This document shows, piece after piece, positions 49,606-63,160 of a stretch of 64,000 nt of DNA; positions within the stretch are counted from its first letter, which is position 1, and the number at the start of each line of letters is the position of its first letter. The stretch is from Mobula birostris (lineage: Eukaryota), in the NCBI RefSeq assembly GCF_030028105.1, contig NC_092379.1, positions 27,893,821-27,957,820 on the forward strand, written 5' to 3'. The notes beneath the pieces were generated by a model. That model was given only the letters and a program-made list of their open reading frames with translations. It was not told the origin of the DNA and made no database searches. A program made the translations under genes and the position numbers.

Positions 49606-52600
49606 ACCCCGCTGGAAGCCCGAGAATAGTTTATTCGTAATACATAGCCAAACTGCTCCGTTTGTCATGCATGCTAGAGCGCAATTTTACATAGAGACGT
49701 ATGGTTATGCGTGTAATATAAGAGCCATAGTCAATATTTAGAATCATGACTGATAAATAGTCGTGTGTGCTGAGTTCAGACCAAACTCACAACTATATTA
49801 ACCAAGGCACTGCCTGCAATAACTTAACTAGAACCAAAATAAAAGATACAAGTGTTTGGGATTGCAGATTAAATTGACAACACTGCTTTCTTTTGCTATC
49901 CGTATATGAACTTGTAATATTAACTGCTTTTCTTACTGATTTCTGTTTATCGCTCTTTCTTATTCTTCAATTACAGTCACAAACAAGAAAATATTATCAG
50001 TATATGCCTTCACGTGGTGCTCACATAGAGCAAAGGCCATGCTTTTTTTGAGGAAATAACACCATTATGCAATTAGACACATTATATTCAATAAAAGTTA
50101 ATTAGTTATTTCTCTAGATAGATGTGATAGCTCGATATGCTGAAACTACACACTAAAGGAATTCCTTCTTGTTTGTCATGTAAAATTTTCAGTTCTGCTC
50201 ACTCAGTAGTCAAACAAAAATCTCGAAAGTAATTTTGGTTTACAGTTGGCAGAGTACGTGTGTGAAGAAGATGAAAATTGCAGACTGAGCCGGGCAGCTC
50301 TTCACATCTGGTTTGGAAAGCGTTAAATGATTGTATTCACTTTCAACGACTGGCACATTTGTAAATACTTCCTAGTTTTGAAAAATGAGTCTCAGTTTAC
50401 TGCTTGTTTTATGGACTTATTTGGAATGTTCCAGCTCTGTAGGAAGAGGAATGTTTTCACTCACACCAATGTTTGCCAGTACAAAGGGAATCAGTCTGAA
50501 TTGCCGACTATTATGTAAAGAGACCTGGGAAAATAAAACAACTGGTACTAACAGAAACTGTTTTCTGCTTATTTCTTAAAAATTGCTGAGCTTCCTCACC
50601 TGTTCCACTCAATATATCTAACTTCATCAGTATCAATTTATTTGTTTCAATTTACACAAAATGAACGCACAACACAAATGGCACGACGAAGTTATTAAAC
50701 AAGTTCGTTAAAGGTTCATAGCTTGTAAAAAGGTTGTTGCAGAAAAGGACCTGCTCAAGCAAATGTTTACAAGTGTTCAAGCACAACTTGGAATATATTC
50801 ATTAAACAGGCTGCTTGTTTATTCCATGTTCAAAAAAAAAATCTCAGCAATTGTCAACCGCAACAGAAGAAAATGCACCACAAAGCCATTAGCAACTGAA
50901 TCATGCTTTATTCGATGGTTAGCTAAGAAAGGTATGCTTTCGAAACCCAATGACGACCAAGCGTGCATCTCATTCTCGCGCAAAGCAATCCTATAGTGGA
51001 GGAAATATCCCGATGCCGTGGGAAGCTACTGTAGTAGCGATTACCAGGAAATCGGCTACAAAGTTCTAAAATAGATGGTGAATGATTGATGAGGGGAGGC
51101 TGCAACAGATTTAGGGAAGATTTCACTGGCCACAAGTTTCATAAGGGAGAAGTCAAACAGCTATAAAATAGCCTACTGGTTAGTACAAAGATGCACTGTG
51201 CCTATGACCCGTATTTAATCTGCACCACTGTTTGTAAAGACATTGTGCTTCCTTTCTGGAACACGTGGGATTTATGTCGGTTGCACTGGTTTCCAACATC
51301 ATCCCAAAGTCTAGAAGGAATTCCTAGGCTGATTGGTTATTGCAAATTATAGCGTGATTATGCTAGGATTAAATCCGCATATTGCAGGACTGCGTATCTC
51401 AAGGTGCAGAAGGGGCTAATTCCTCACAGATCTCAAGAAATAAATAATTAATCTAATAAATAAACAAACACATAAGTAAATAAATAAGAATCGGCATGCC
51501 ATAATCAATATGTTCGGTGCGAAGTCGGGATGAATTTGGATTTTTAAATAATTCATCCAATGCTTATAGATGACAGTTAAAATAAATTAAATGCCTACGC
51601 TCTTTGGATGTTTGCAGAACCGATGAAACGTTTTCAATACCACCTTTCGTGTGAAAGATGAAACAGAAACTCACTGTAACAATAAATCGGTTTATGCGCC
51701 CTTCATTTGTCACATTTGAATTCTTTTCCCACTGTGTTCACAGTGAAGTAGCAGGAGGGAATGTTTGTTCAGAAGCAGGAATAAACTGCACTTTAGTAGC
51801 GAAATTCTGTGTGACACTCGCGACAGTCTAATTCAAGCACCATAAATCTGTTAGCAGCAGGAAAAAGTCTGCTTTTGCGATAGGCTTTCATTTTCAATTT
51901 TCCTATTTGATTTAAAATTCCGTATTTTTGTACGTCTTGAATTTTCTTTTTTTTCAATCTTTTTATTAATTTCATAAAATGAAAACATAACATAGCAATA
52001 ATACAAATAGTAGGAGATACATTGTTGCACTTAAAATAAGTAGTTGTAAGACCAAATAGTATAAATTGACAAAACTCCCAATAGTAAAATAACAATGAAT
52101 AATACAGGACAAAAAAAAACTGAAGAAAAATCATGAAAAAATAAAAAAACAATAAAAAAAAAATCCCATCCCCCCAAAAAAACTAAACAGAATTAGTCAA
52201 CTAAACTAAAGACTTGGGCAATTCTGACAACTTAAAAATGGGAAAGAAGAAAACCTTAGTGTCGACGACTCCATTCCTCTCAATCAACAGTGCAGATAAA
52301 TAAAATAAGTTTAGAAATGGTCAAATTACATCATATGAAAATGCTGAATGAATGGACTCCAAGTTTTTTTTTTCAAATTTAATGGAAGGGTTATAAACCG
52401 CACTTCTATTTTTTTTTCCAAATTCAAACACACCATAGTTTGTGAAAACCAATGAAACACAGAAGGAGGGTTAATCTCTTTCCAGTTCAGCAAAATTGAT
52501 CATCTAGCCATTAAAGTAAGAAATGCAATCATCCTGCGTGCTGAAGAGATTAAATAATTTGAATCGATCATTGGTAATCCAAAGATAGCAGTAAGTGGAT

Positions 52601-52989
52601 GAGGTTGTAAGTCTATATTCAAAACCGTTGAGATAATGTCAAAAATATCTTTCCAATATTTTCCAACAAAGGACATAACCAAAACATGCGAGTTAAAGAA
52701 TTTATCTCCAAATGACATCTATCACATTTTGGATTAATATAAAAAAAAATAACGAGATAGTTTATCTTTGGACATATGACCCTGTGCACTACTTTATACT
52801 GTATCAACACATGTTTAGCACATATAGAGGATAAATTAACCAATTGAAGATTTTTTCCCCATTTTTAAATCAGTATAATAATGTTAAGTTCTCTTTCCCA
52901 ATCAGCTTTAATTTTATTGGAAACATCAGGACATAAATTCATAATTACATTATATTTAATTGCTATAACACTTTTCTGAAAGAGATTTT

Positions 52990-55418
52990 GAACCATAGAA
53001 ACCATAGAGAAGTACAGCACAGGAACAAGCCTTTTGGCCCTTCTTGGCTGTGCCGAACCATTTTCTGCCTAGCCCCACTGAGCTGCACACGGACCATATC
53101 CCTCCATACATCTCCCATCCATGTATCTGTCCAATTTATTTTTAAATGTTAAAAAGGAACCCGCATTTACCACCTCATCTGGCAGCTCATTCCATACTCC
53201 CACCACTCTCTGTGTGAAGAAGCCCCCCCCCCTAATGTTCCCTTTAAACTTCTCCCCCCCTCACCCTTAACCCATGTCCTCCTTCCCTTGCCTCAGTGGA
53301 AAAAGCCTGCTTGCATTCACTCTATATATAAACATCATAATTTTATACACCTCTATCAAATCTCCCCTCATTCTTCTACGCTCCATGAATAAAGTCCTAA
53401 CCTATTCAACCTTTCCCTGTAACTGATATTCTTAAGTCCTGGCAACATCCTTGTAAACCATCTCTGCACTCTTTCAACCTTACTTATATCCTTCCTGTAA
53501 TTTGGTGACCAAAACTGAACACAGTACTCTAGATTCGGCCTCATCAATGCTTTATACAACCTTATCATAACATTCCAGCTCATATACTCAATACTTTGAT
53601 TAATGAAGGTCAAGGTACCAAAAGCTCTCTTTACGACCCTATATATCTGCGACGCCACTTTTAGGGAATGTTGTATCTGTATTCCCAGATCCCTCTGTTT
53701 TACTGTACTCCTCAGTGCCTTACCATTAACCATGTATGTTCTACCTTGGTTTGTGCTTCCAACGTGCAATACCACACACTTGTCTGTATTAAACTCCATC
53801 TGCCATTTTCAGCCCATTTTTCCATCTGGTCCAAGTCCCTCTGCAGGATCTAAAAACCTTCCTCACTGTCTACTAAACCTTCAATCTTTGTATCATCAGC
53901 AAATTTGCTGATCTAATTTACCACATTATCATCCAGATCATTGATATAGATGACAAATAACAATGGACCCAGCACTGAACCCTGTGGCACACCACTAGTC
54001 ACAGGCCTCCACTTGGAGAAGCAATTCTCTACTACCACTCCTTGGCTTCTTCCATTGAGCCAATGTCTAATCCAATTTACCACCTCTCCATGTATACCTA
54101 GCGAATGAATTTTCCTAACTAACCTCCCATGCGGGACCTTGTCAAAGGCCTTACTGAAGTCCATGTAGACGATATCCACTGCCTTCCCTTCATCCACTTT
54201 CCTGGTAACCTCCTCGAAAAACTCCAACAGATTTGTCAAACATGACCTACCACGCACAAAGCCATGTTGACTCTCCCTAATAAGTCCCAGTCTATCCAAA
54301 TGCTTGTAGATTCTGTCTCTTAGTACTCCCTCCAATAACTTACCTACTACTGACGTTAAACTCACCGGCCTATAATTTCCCGGATTACTTTTCGATCCTT
54401 TTTTAAACAACATGAGCCACTCTCCAATCCTATGGCGCCTCAACCGTAGACAGCGACATTTTAAATATTTCTGCCAGGGCTCCCGCAATTTCAACACTAG
54501 TCTCCTGCAAGGTCGGAGGAAACACCCTGTCAGGTCCCGGGGATTTATCCACTTTAATTTTCATCAAGACAGCAAGCAGCTCCTCCTGTTCAATCTGTAC
54601 AGTTTCCATGATCTCTCTACTTGATTCCTTTAATTCCATAGACTTTATGCCAGTTTCCTTAGTAAATATAGACGCAAAAAATCCATTTAAGATCTCCCCC
54701 ATTTCCTTTGGTTCCGCACATAGCCGACCACTCTGATCTTCAAGAGGATCAATTTTATCCCTTACAATCGTTTTGCTCTTAATATACGTGTAAAAGCTTT
54801 TTGGATTATCCTTCAATTTAGCTGCCAAGGCAACCTCATGTCTTCTTTTAGCCCTCCTGATTACTTCCTTAAGTATTTTCTTGCACTTCTTATACTCCTC
54901 AAGCACCTGATTTACTCCCTGTTTCTTATACATTTCATACAACTCCCTCTTCTTCTTTATCAGAGTTGCAATATCCCTTGAGAACCAAGGTTCCTTATTC
55001 CTATTCAATTTGCCTTTAATACTGACAGGAAAATGCAAACTCTGCACTCTCAAGATGTCTTCTTTGAATGCTTTCCACCTACCGATCACATCTTTCCCAA
55101 AGAACAACCTGTCCCAATCCGCGATTTTTAGATCCTTTCTCATTTCTTCAAATTTAGCCATCTTCCAGTTCGGAACCTCAACCGTAGGACCAGATCTATC
55201 CTTGTCCATGATCAAATTGAAACTAATCGTGTTATGACCACTGGGACCAAAGTGCTCCCCTACACAGACTTCTGTCACTTGTCCTAACTCGTTTCCTAAC
55301 AGGAGATCCGATATTGCATCCCCTCTAATTGATCCCTCTATATATTGATTATGAAAACTTTTCTGAACAGATTTTTCAAACTCTAAACCATCTAGACCCC
55401 TAACAGTATGGGAGTCCC
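52990..55418 (-). mobile_element. 5'-truncated CR1-like LINE nested in L1 ORF2
   Basis: [23 protein letters not shown]; tail aaccatagaaaccatag at the left end. Confidence 0.9.
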
Positions 55419-58400
55419 AAATTTAAATCTATTTTTTTCCCGAAGTGTCCATTGTATATGGGTGTGGAACATTTGGAGAAACAGTAATTAAAACGTTTCT
55501 AATCTGTAGATATCTAAAAAAGTGATATCTAGGTAAGTTATATTTATTGGAAAGTTGATCAAAATACAGGAAACAATTATCTAAAAAGTAATCACGAAAA
55601 CGTGCTATACCTTTGGTTTTCCAATCAAAGTAAGCTTGATCCATAGTGGAAGGTTGAAAAGGGAAATTAGATATAACAGAATTTGCTAAAATAAATTGAT
55701 TAAACCCCCAAAAATCTCGAAATTGAAACCATATACGTAAAGTATGCTTAACTATTGGATTATTAATTTGTTTATACAATTTAGAAGAAGTAAAAGGAAA
55801 CGAAGTTCCTAAAACCGAACCCAAAGAAAACCCTTGTAATGAATTACATTCAAGATTTACCCAATGTGGATTTAAAGATACATGCAAATCTCGTGACCAA
55901 AGTTTTAAATATCGAATATTAATTGCCCAATAATAGAAACTAAAATTCGGGAGGGCGAGACCCCCGCGCCCCCCCCATCCTTTTTAGATTTCTGTAAATA
56001 TCTTTTACCTAACCTAGGATTTTTGTTCTGCCATATATATGAGGAAATTTGTGAGTCTACATTATCGAAAAAAACATTTGGGGATAAACATTGGAACCGA
56101 TTGAAATACATATAGAAATTTGGGCAAAATGATCATCTTAATAGCATTAATCCGACAAATCAAAGACAAAGATATTGGTGACCATTTAGTAAGCATAAGT
56201 TTAATCTGATCAATTAAAGGGAAAAAAAATAGCTTTAAATGTCTTTACATTTTTTCGTAATTGTTATCCCTAAATATATAAACGAATCAGTAACCAATTT
56301 AAATGGTAAACGTCCATAAATAGGTACCTACTTATTTAGGGGAAATAATTCACTCTTTTTAAGATTCAATTTGTAACCAAAATAATTACTAAATTGAGGC
56401 AACAAACCTAGAATAGCAGGAATTGACTTCTCCGGATTAGAGATGTATGACAACAAGTCATCTGCATATAGTGATAATTTATGTATTTCGTTTCCACGGG
56501 TAATACCAAAAATATTGGGCGATTCGCGGATAGCAATTGTTAAAGGCTCAAGGGCGATATTGAATAGTAAAGGACTAAGAGGACATGCTTGCCTAGTGCC
56601 ACGAAAAAGACGAAAAAAAGGAGATCTATGATTAATAGTACAAACCGAGGCTTCCGGGGGGGGGGGGGTAATATAACAACTTAATCCAAGATATAAATGA
56701 CAAACTAAAATTAAATTTCCCAAGGACACTAAATAAATAAGGCCATTCGACTCTGTCAAAGGCTTTCTCAGCATCTAATGAGATAATGGTGTAGTAAGTG
56801 AGGGGGCATAAACAATATTCATTAACCTTCTAACATTAAAGGATGAATAACGATTTTGTAATAAATCCGATTTGATCCTTAGATATAGTTTGAGGTAATA
56901 CTTTCTCTAACCTGGTTGCTAAAATTTTTGGAAAAAAAAAATGAATCTACATTCAAAAGAGATATTGGTCTGTTGATGCACAATCAGTAGGACCTTTATT
57001 CTTTTTTTAAGAATTTTAGAGATAGAAGTTTCATCGAACGATTAGAATATTCTCGACAATCTCGGAGTGAGAATAGAGGAAAAGAATTTTAAAAATTCCA
57101 CTGTAAACCCGTCCGGACCGGGTGCTTTACCAGAATTCAATGATGTGATTGCAGTTATTATTTCTTCCTCTGTAATGGGAGTTTCTAATGATAAGCAATC
57201 TTCAGGTGATAAATTTCGGAAAATTCAGCTTACTTAAAAAAAATCATGCATGATATTAAAAGTATGAGGAAAATCAGACTGATATAGAGAGGTATAAAAT
57301 TCTCGAAAGGTTTTGTTTATCCCATCATGATCAACTGTCAAAGTATCATCGTGTTTACGAATCCTAGTAATTTGACGTTTAACCGAATCAAATTTCAATT
57401 GACTAGCCAATAATTTAGCCGATTTATCACTATGAATATAAAAAATCACTTCTAGCTCTCATTAATTGATTTTCAATTGAGGATGTTAATAATAAGTTAT
57501 GTTCCAATTGAAGTTCAACTTTGTGTTTCTACATCTCCTTACTGGGAGAAATAGGATATTTTTATTTTATCGATTTCTTTATTTTTTATCAACCAACAAA
57601 AGTATTTCATTCGTAACCCGTCTTTTCAAACCAGCCGAATAGGAAATAATCTGACCACGGATGTAAACTTTGAAAGCGTCCCAAACAGTTCCATTGGAAA
57701 CTTCTTCCGCAGTATTAGTTGAAAAGAAAAAAAAAATCAATCTGTTCCTTTATAAACTTGACAAAGTCCGAGTCTTGAAGCAAAATAGGGTTAAATTGCC
57801 ATTGTCTATTGGTACAAGATGTATCCATTAACTTGTTAGAAAGTTTCATTGGAGCATGATCTGAAATGGCGATAATGTCGTACTTACAATCAACTACAGA
57901 TGGGATTAATCGAGAATCAATAAAAAAAAAAAATCGGGAATAAGAACGATGAACACTTGAAAAGAATGAGAATTCTTTATCGTCTGGGTGTAGAAATTTC
58001 CAAATTTCTGAAATCCCAGAAGCAAACATAAATGAGTTAATAAGAGTAGCCGATTTATTTGGTATCGCCGGACTACCTATGAATCTATCCAACATGGGCT
58101 TCAAACATAAATGAAAATCACCGCCCTTTATCAATATATACTCGTTTAAGTTCGGAAAGGAAGTTAGTAGGCGTTTAAAAAATTCAGGATAATCCACATT
58201 CGGAGCGTAAACATTAACCATAGCAATCTTTTTATTAAAAAGTAACCCAGTGATTAACAAAAAATCTGCCATTAGGATCTCAGATAATGTCTTGATTAAT
58301 AAAAGTAATTGAGGGTTCTATAAAAATCGAAACGCCTTTAATTTTGGCTTGGGCGTTTGAGTGGTATTGTTATTCCTTCCAAAACTTAAAGAAGCGTTGA

Positions 58401-59998
58401 TTATCCTCTTTCCTTACATGAGTTTTTTGTGCAAAAATAATATTAGTATTCAGTCTTTGGAATACTTTGAAAACATATTTTTTTCCATTTTATTGGATGG
58501 TTTAAATCATTTGTATTCCAAGAGACAAAACAAATAATGTGAGCCATAATTTAAGATTAACCCTTTGGTAAGTAAAGGGTTAACTATAATGTGAACTCAT
58601 GAAATCGGAAGAGGAATGCATGATCAGAGAGGAACCGAAAATCTCGACACTGCGGACGTCTTAATAGTTCTGAATCAGCCCATAGAGAGAATTAAAAAAG
58701 AGAAAGACTACCCCACCTACCAACCCCAAGTACCACTAACGAAGCCAGAGAAGGCTGAAGAAAGGACGAACTAATACTAACTCTAACCCCATTTCTGCAG
58801 GAGGCAACTCCAAATATATATGTTATATAAATGACCCTTCGGAAACTTATATATATATACACAAAAAAAAACACCATAGTAAAATAATCTACATAGTATA
58901 ACTACTAAAATATATAAATAAAAATGTTAGTATCAATCCGTATGATTAGTTAATTATAAATGAGGAAGTAAAATATCGCTTCCAAAAAAGAAAGGGGATT
59001 ATGGGAAGAAGAAACATAAGAACATGGCGTCCCAAAAAAAGAGCAAACGAGATCATGCAAAAAGACAAATCGCCATTATAATCATACGGAAACAAAAATA
59101 AAGAAAATATAACTAAAAATGATCGTCAGATCAAATGGTTAGTAATAATATCGAAAGACAAAAAGTTAAAGAAAAAAATATCTAAAAAAAATAACGTTAT
59201 TCACAAGAAATAAGTATTCTATATAAGTTGTAAAATAATAACTATAGTAGTAAGCACAGAACAAAAATTTTGAGCTTATAAAAAAAAAACCTTCATCGTT
59301 CGGTGGCAGAAGGTTTATTAAAAAAAAACACCAGAGAAAAAAGCTGGTGCTGAAAGCACCGGACATTAATTAAAGGACTGTTTCCATCCCAAATGGGTAG
59401 TTATCATCCAAAAAGCGTCGAGCGGCGGTTATGGAATGGAAGACACATCGAGATCCATCAGGAAGAGAAAATCTGAGACATGCAGGATACAATAATGCGG
59501 TTTGAGATTTGTTTGATAACATTCCGGCATCAGAGGTTTAAAAGTCAGTCGCTCCTTCATCACTTCGGAACTATAATCTTGAACTATCCTGAAGGAATGC
59601 TGGCGATGCTTGATCATCCCTTGTCGACGAGCAGTCTGGAGAAGCTGTTCTTAAACATTAACATAATGGAACGGGAGAATAACTGGTCTCGGTTTGGAAA
59701 CAGCCGATGTCGACTTAGTCGACGGTAAATGATAAATAATGGAGGCTCGTTGGGAAAAAAACTGAACTGAACGTATCCTTTAAAAGTTCAGCAAAGAATA
59801 TTAAATGTCTCCAACCTCAACGTCCTCGGATAGACCAATTATGCGTAAGTTTTGTCTTCTCGATCGAGTTTCAAGATCGATGACTTTGGATTTAAGGTGT
59901 TGGAGTTGTTTAGTAGTCGAAGCTAAATTGTTCCCTAAGTTCTCACCTTTTGAGTCTGTCTTCTGAGATTTAATATCCAGTTCAGAGACTTTACCTCC

Positions 59999-61987
59999 AA
60001 ATTAGCCAGAAAAAAAGTGGCTCACCTGAGGTCTAGGAGACTGGGAGAAATTCAGAGTTCAGCAGGGGAGGACAAAGGGCTTAATTAGGAAGGGGAAAAA
60101 ATATGAGAGAAAATTGGCAGGGAACATAAAAACTGACTGTAAAAGCTTTTATAGATATGTGAAGAAAAAGATTGGTTAAGACAAATGTGGGTCCCCTACA
60201 GACAGAAACAGTTGGATTGATTATGGGGAGCAAGGACATGGCAGACCAATTGAATAATTACTTTGGTTCTGTCTTCACTAAGGAGGACATAAATAATCTT
60301 CCAGAAATAGTAGGGGACAGCGGCTCCAGTGAGATGGAGGAACTGGGGGAAATACATGTTAGTAGGAAAGTGGTGTTAGGTAAATTGAAGGGATTAAAGG
60401 CAAATAAATCCCCAGGGCCAGATGGTTTGCATCCCAGAGTGCTTAGGGAAGTAGCCCAAGAAATAGTGGATACATCAGTGATAATTTTTCAAAACTCTTT
60501 AGATTCTGGACTAGTTCCTGAGGATTGGAAGGTGGCTAATGTAACCCCACTTTTTAAAACAAGAGGGAGAGAGAAACCAGGGAATTATAGACTGGTTAGC
60601 CTAACATCGGTTGTGAGGAAACTGCTAGAGTCAGTTATCAAAGATGTGATAACAGCACATTTGGAAAGCGGTGAAATCATCGGACAAAGTCAGCATGGAT
60701 TTGTGAAAGGAAAATTATGTCTGACGAATTTCATAGAATTTTTTGACGATCTAACTAGTAGAGTGGGGAGAACCAGTGGATGTGGTATATTTGGATTTTC
60801 AAAAGGCTTTTGACAAGGTCCCACACAGGAGATTAGTGTGCAAACTTAAAGCACATCGTATTGGGGGTAAGGTATGGATGTGGATAGAGAATTGGTTGGC
60901 AGACAGGAAGCAAAGAGTGGGAATAAACGGGACCTTTTCAGAATGGCAGGCAGTGACTAGTGGGGTACCGCAAGGCTCAGTGCTGGGACCCGAGTTGTTT
61001 ACAATATGTATTAATGACTTGGATGAGGGAATTAAATGCAGCATCTCCAGGTTTGCGGATGGCAAGAAGCTGGGCGGCAGTGTTAACTGTGAGGAGGACG
61101 CTAAGAGGATGCAGGGTGACTTGGATAGATTAGGTGAGTGGGCAAAGTCATGGCAGTTGCAATTTAATTTGGATAAATGTGAAGTTATCCGCTTTGGTGG
61201 CAAAAACAGGAAAACAGATTATTTGAATGGTGGCCGATTAGGAAAAGGGGAGGTGCAACGAGACTTGGGTGTCATTATACACCAGTCATTGAAAGTAGGC
61301 ATGCAGGTACAGCAGGCGGTGAAAAAGGCGAATGGTATGCTGGTATTTACAGAAAGGGGATTCGAGTACAGGAGCAGGGAGGTACTACTGTAGTTGTACA
61401 AGGCCTTGGTGAGACCACACCTGTAGTATTATGTGCAGTTTTCGTCCCCAAATCTGAGGAAAGACATCCTTGCCATAGAGGGAATACAAAGAAGGTGAGC
61501 CAGATTGATTCCTGGGATGGCAGGCCTTTCATATGATGAAAGACTGGATGAACTAGGCTTATACTCGTTGGAATTTAGAGGATTGAAGGGGGATCTGTTT
61601 GAAACTTATAAAATCCTAAAGGGATTGGACAAGCTAGATGCAGGAAGATTGTTCCCGATGTCGGGGACGTCCAGAACGAGGGGTCACAGTTTGAGGATAA
61701 CGGGGAAGCCTTTTAGGACCAACTTTAGGAAGAACTTCTTCACACAGAGAGTGGTGAATCTGTTGAATTCTCTGCCACATCAAACAGTTGAGGCCAGTTC
61801 ATTGGCTAAATTTAAGAGGGTGTTAGATATGGCCATTGTGGCTAAAGGGTTCAGGGGCTATGGAGGGATGCTGCTACAGGGTTCTGAGTTGGATGATCAG
61901 CCATAATCATACTGAAAAGCGGTGCAGGCTCGAGGGGCCGAATGACCTACTCCTGCACCTATTTTCTATGTTTCTATGTTTCTATGT
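59999..61987 (+). mobile_element. 5'-truncated CR1-like LINE nested in L1 ORF1
   Basis: [32 protein letters not shown]; (TTTCTATG)3 tail at 61963-61987. Confidence 0.9.
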
Positions 61988-62847
61988 TTTTGAACTTCAC
62001 AATCCAGGGGTTTCAAAGATTCCGTGATTGATTTTAAATCTTCATTAAGGCTTTGACGTTGTTGTTCAAATTGATCGGATAATTTTCCAGATTTTTTTTT
62101 GCCGTTGTTCCTCGAACTTTTCCTCCAGACACTTCATCATAACCTTACAAGATAGTTCCGTTTGTTTGGAATCAACTTTCTTTTTTCCTCCGTTCCCGTC
62201 AGAGTCTTTCCCATTTTTGGCTTTGGATCTTGTACTAATTTCTTTAAACTCCAGAGTTGCAATTTAAGAAAAAATCAGTAAATTCAGTAAATCAGTAAGA
62301 TAGAATAAATCTTCAGGTGTGGATAAAATTAATTAGATCAAGGAAATCATAGGTTAAAAAATATAACGGGAATGGAGCGAAGCCAGAGACGACCTCACCC
62401 CATGAGCTTTCCCTGCAGAATGTACGTCTTGAATTTTGAGCACCGATTTCATAATATGAACAGAGTGATGCAACGAGAGTATTTTCTTCTGAAAGATCAT
62501 TTTGAAATCTTTAGTAATGTACCAGATAATACCAGATGCGCGATATTATTCGGAAGGAGTGAGATACTCCGGAGGGTACAGGTGTTTGAACAATAAAGCT
62601 CGCCTGACTGCAAGTGTGATTAACTGTTCCTACACAGTCTCACTGTCCAATAGTAGTTCAGTCAATGTTAAATTGTCATCATTAGACGCAGTATCTACTG
62701 AATTGTTTTCAACGCCATTACTTATTTATTTGTTTGTTTGCTTGGATACTTAACCTTTTCTCTTTAGCTACAGAACTATCTATCTGTTCGTCTGTGACAT
62801 AATTTGGTTACTTATTACTAAAAATTATATTTATTTACTTAGCATTA

Positions 62848-63160
62848 GGTTTGGTGGTCAAGCGATTAAGGCGTTCGTCTAGTGAATTGAAGGTCGCTGG
62901 TCGAGCCTTGGCTGATGCAGCGTGTTGTGTCCTTGAGCAGGGCACTTAACCACACATTGCTCTGCGACGACACCAGTGCCAAGCTGTATGGGTCCTAATG
63001 CCCTTCCCTTGGACAACATCGGTGTTGTGGAGAGGGGAGACTTGCAGCATGGGCGACTGCCAGTCTTCCATACAACCTTGCCCAGGCCTGCGCCCTGGAA
63101 TCCTACCAAGGGGCAAATCCATGGCCGCACGAGACTAACGGATGGTTATATATAGATATA
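62848..63160 (+). mobile_element. tRNA-derived SINE
   Basis: A-box-like TGGTCAAGCGATTAAG and B-box-like GGTCGAGCC, then gtgtccttgagcagggcacttaacc; 3' end shared with 20500-20697; (ATAG)-like tail. Confidence 0.72.

Larger units (their letters stand above)
51946..62420 (-). mobile_element. Full-length L1-clade LINE (5' UTR, ORF1 remnant from ~62239, ORF2 58547-52326, 3' UTR and poly-A) with 17-bp TSD and two nested CR1 insertions
   Basis: TSD TGTACGTCTTGAATTTT at 51929-51945 and 62421-62437; ORF1 SRRQNLRIIGL and IVQDYSSEV; ORF2 begins MAHIICFVSWNTNDLNHP, then VNVYAPN, GGDF and RGTRQACPLSPLLF..LSLYADDLL; AATAAA and A8 tail on the minus strand. Confidence 0.93.

Noticed and set aside
62502-62753. 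ORF with YYSEGVRYSGG..NNKARLT resembling Ig FR3
   Set aside because: Lacks the WYQ and YxC anchors, splice signals and RSS; the similarity is too short to support.
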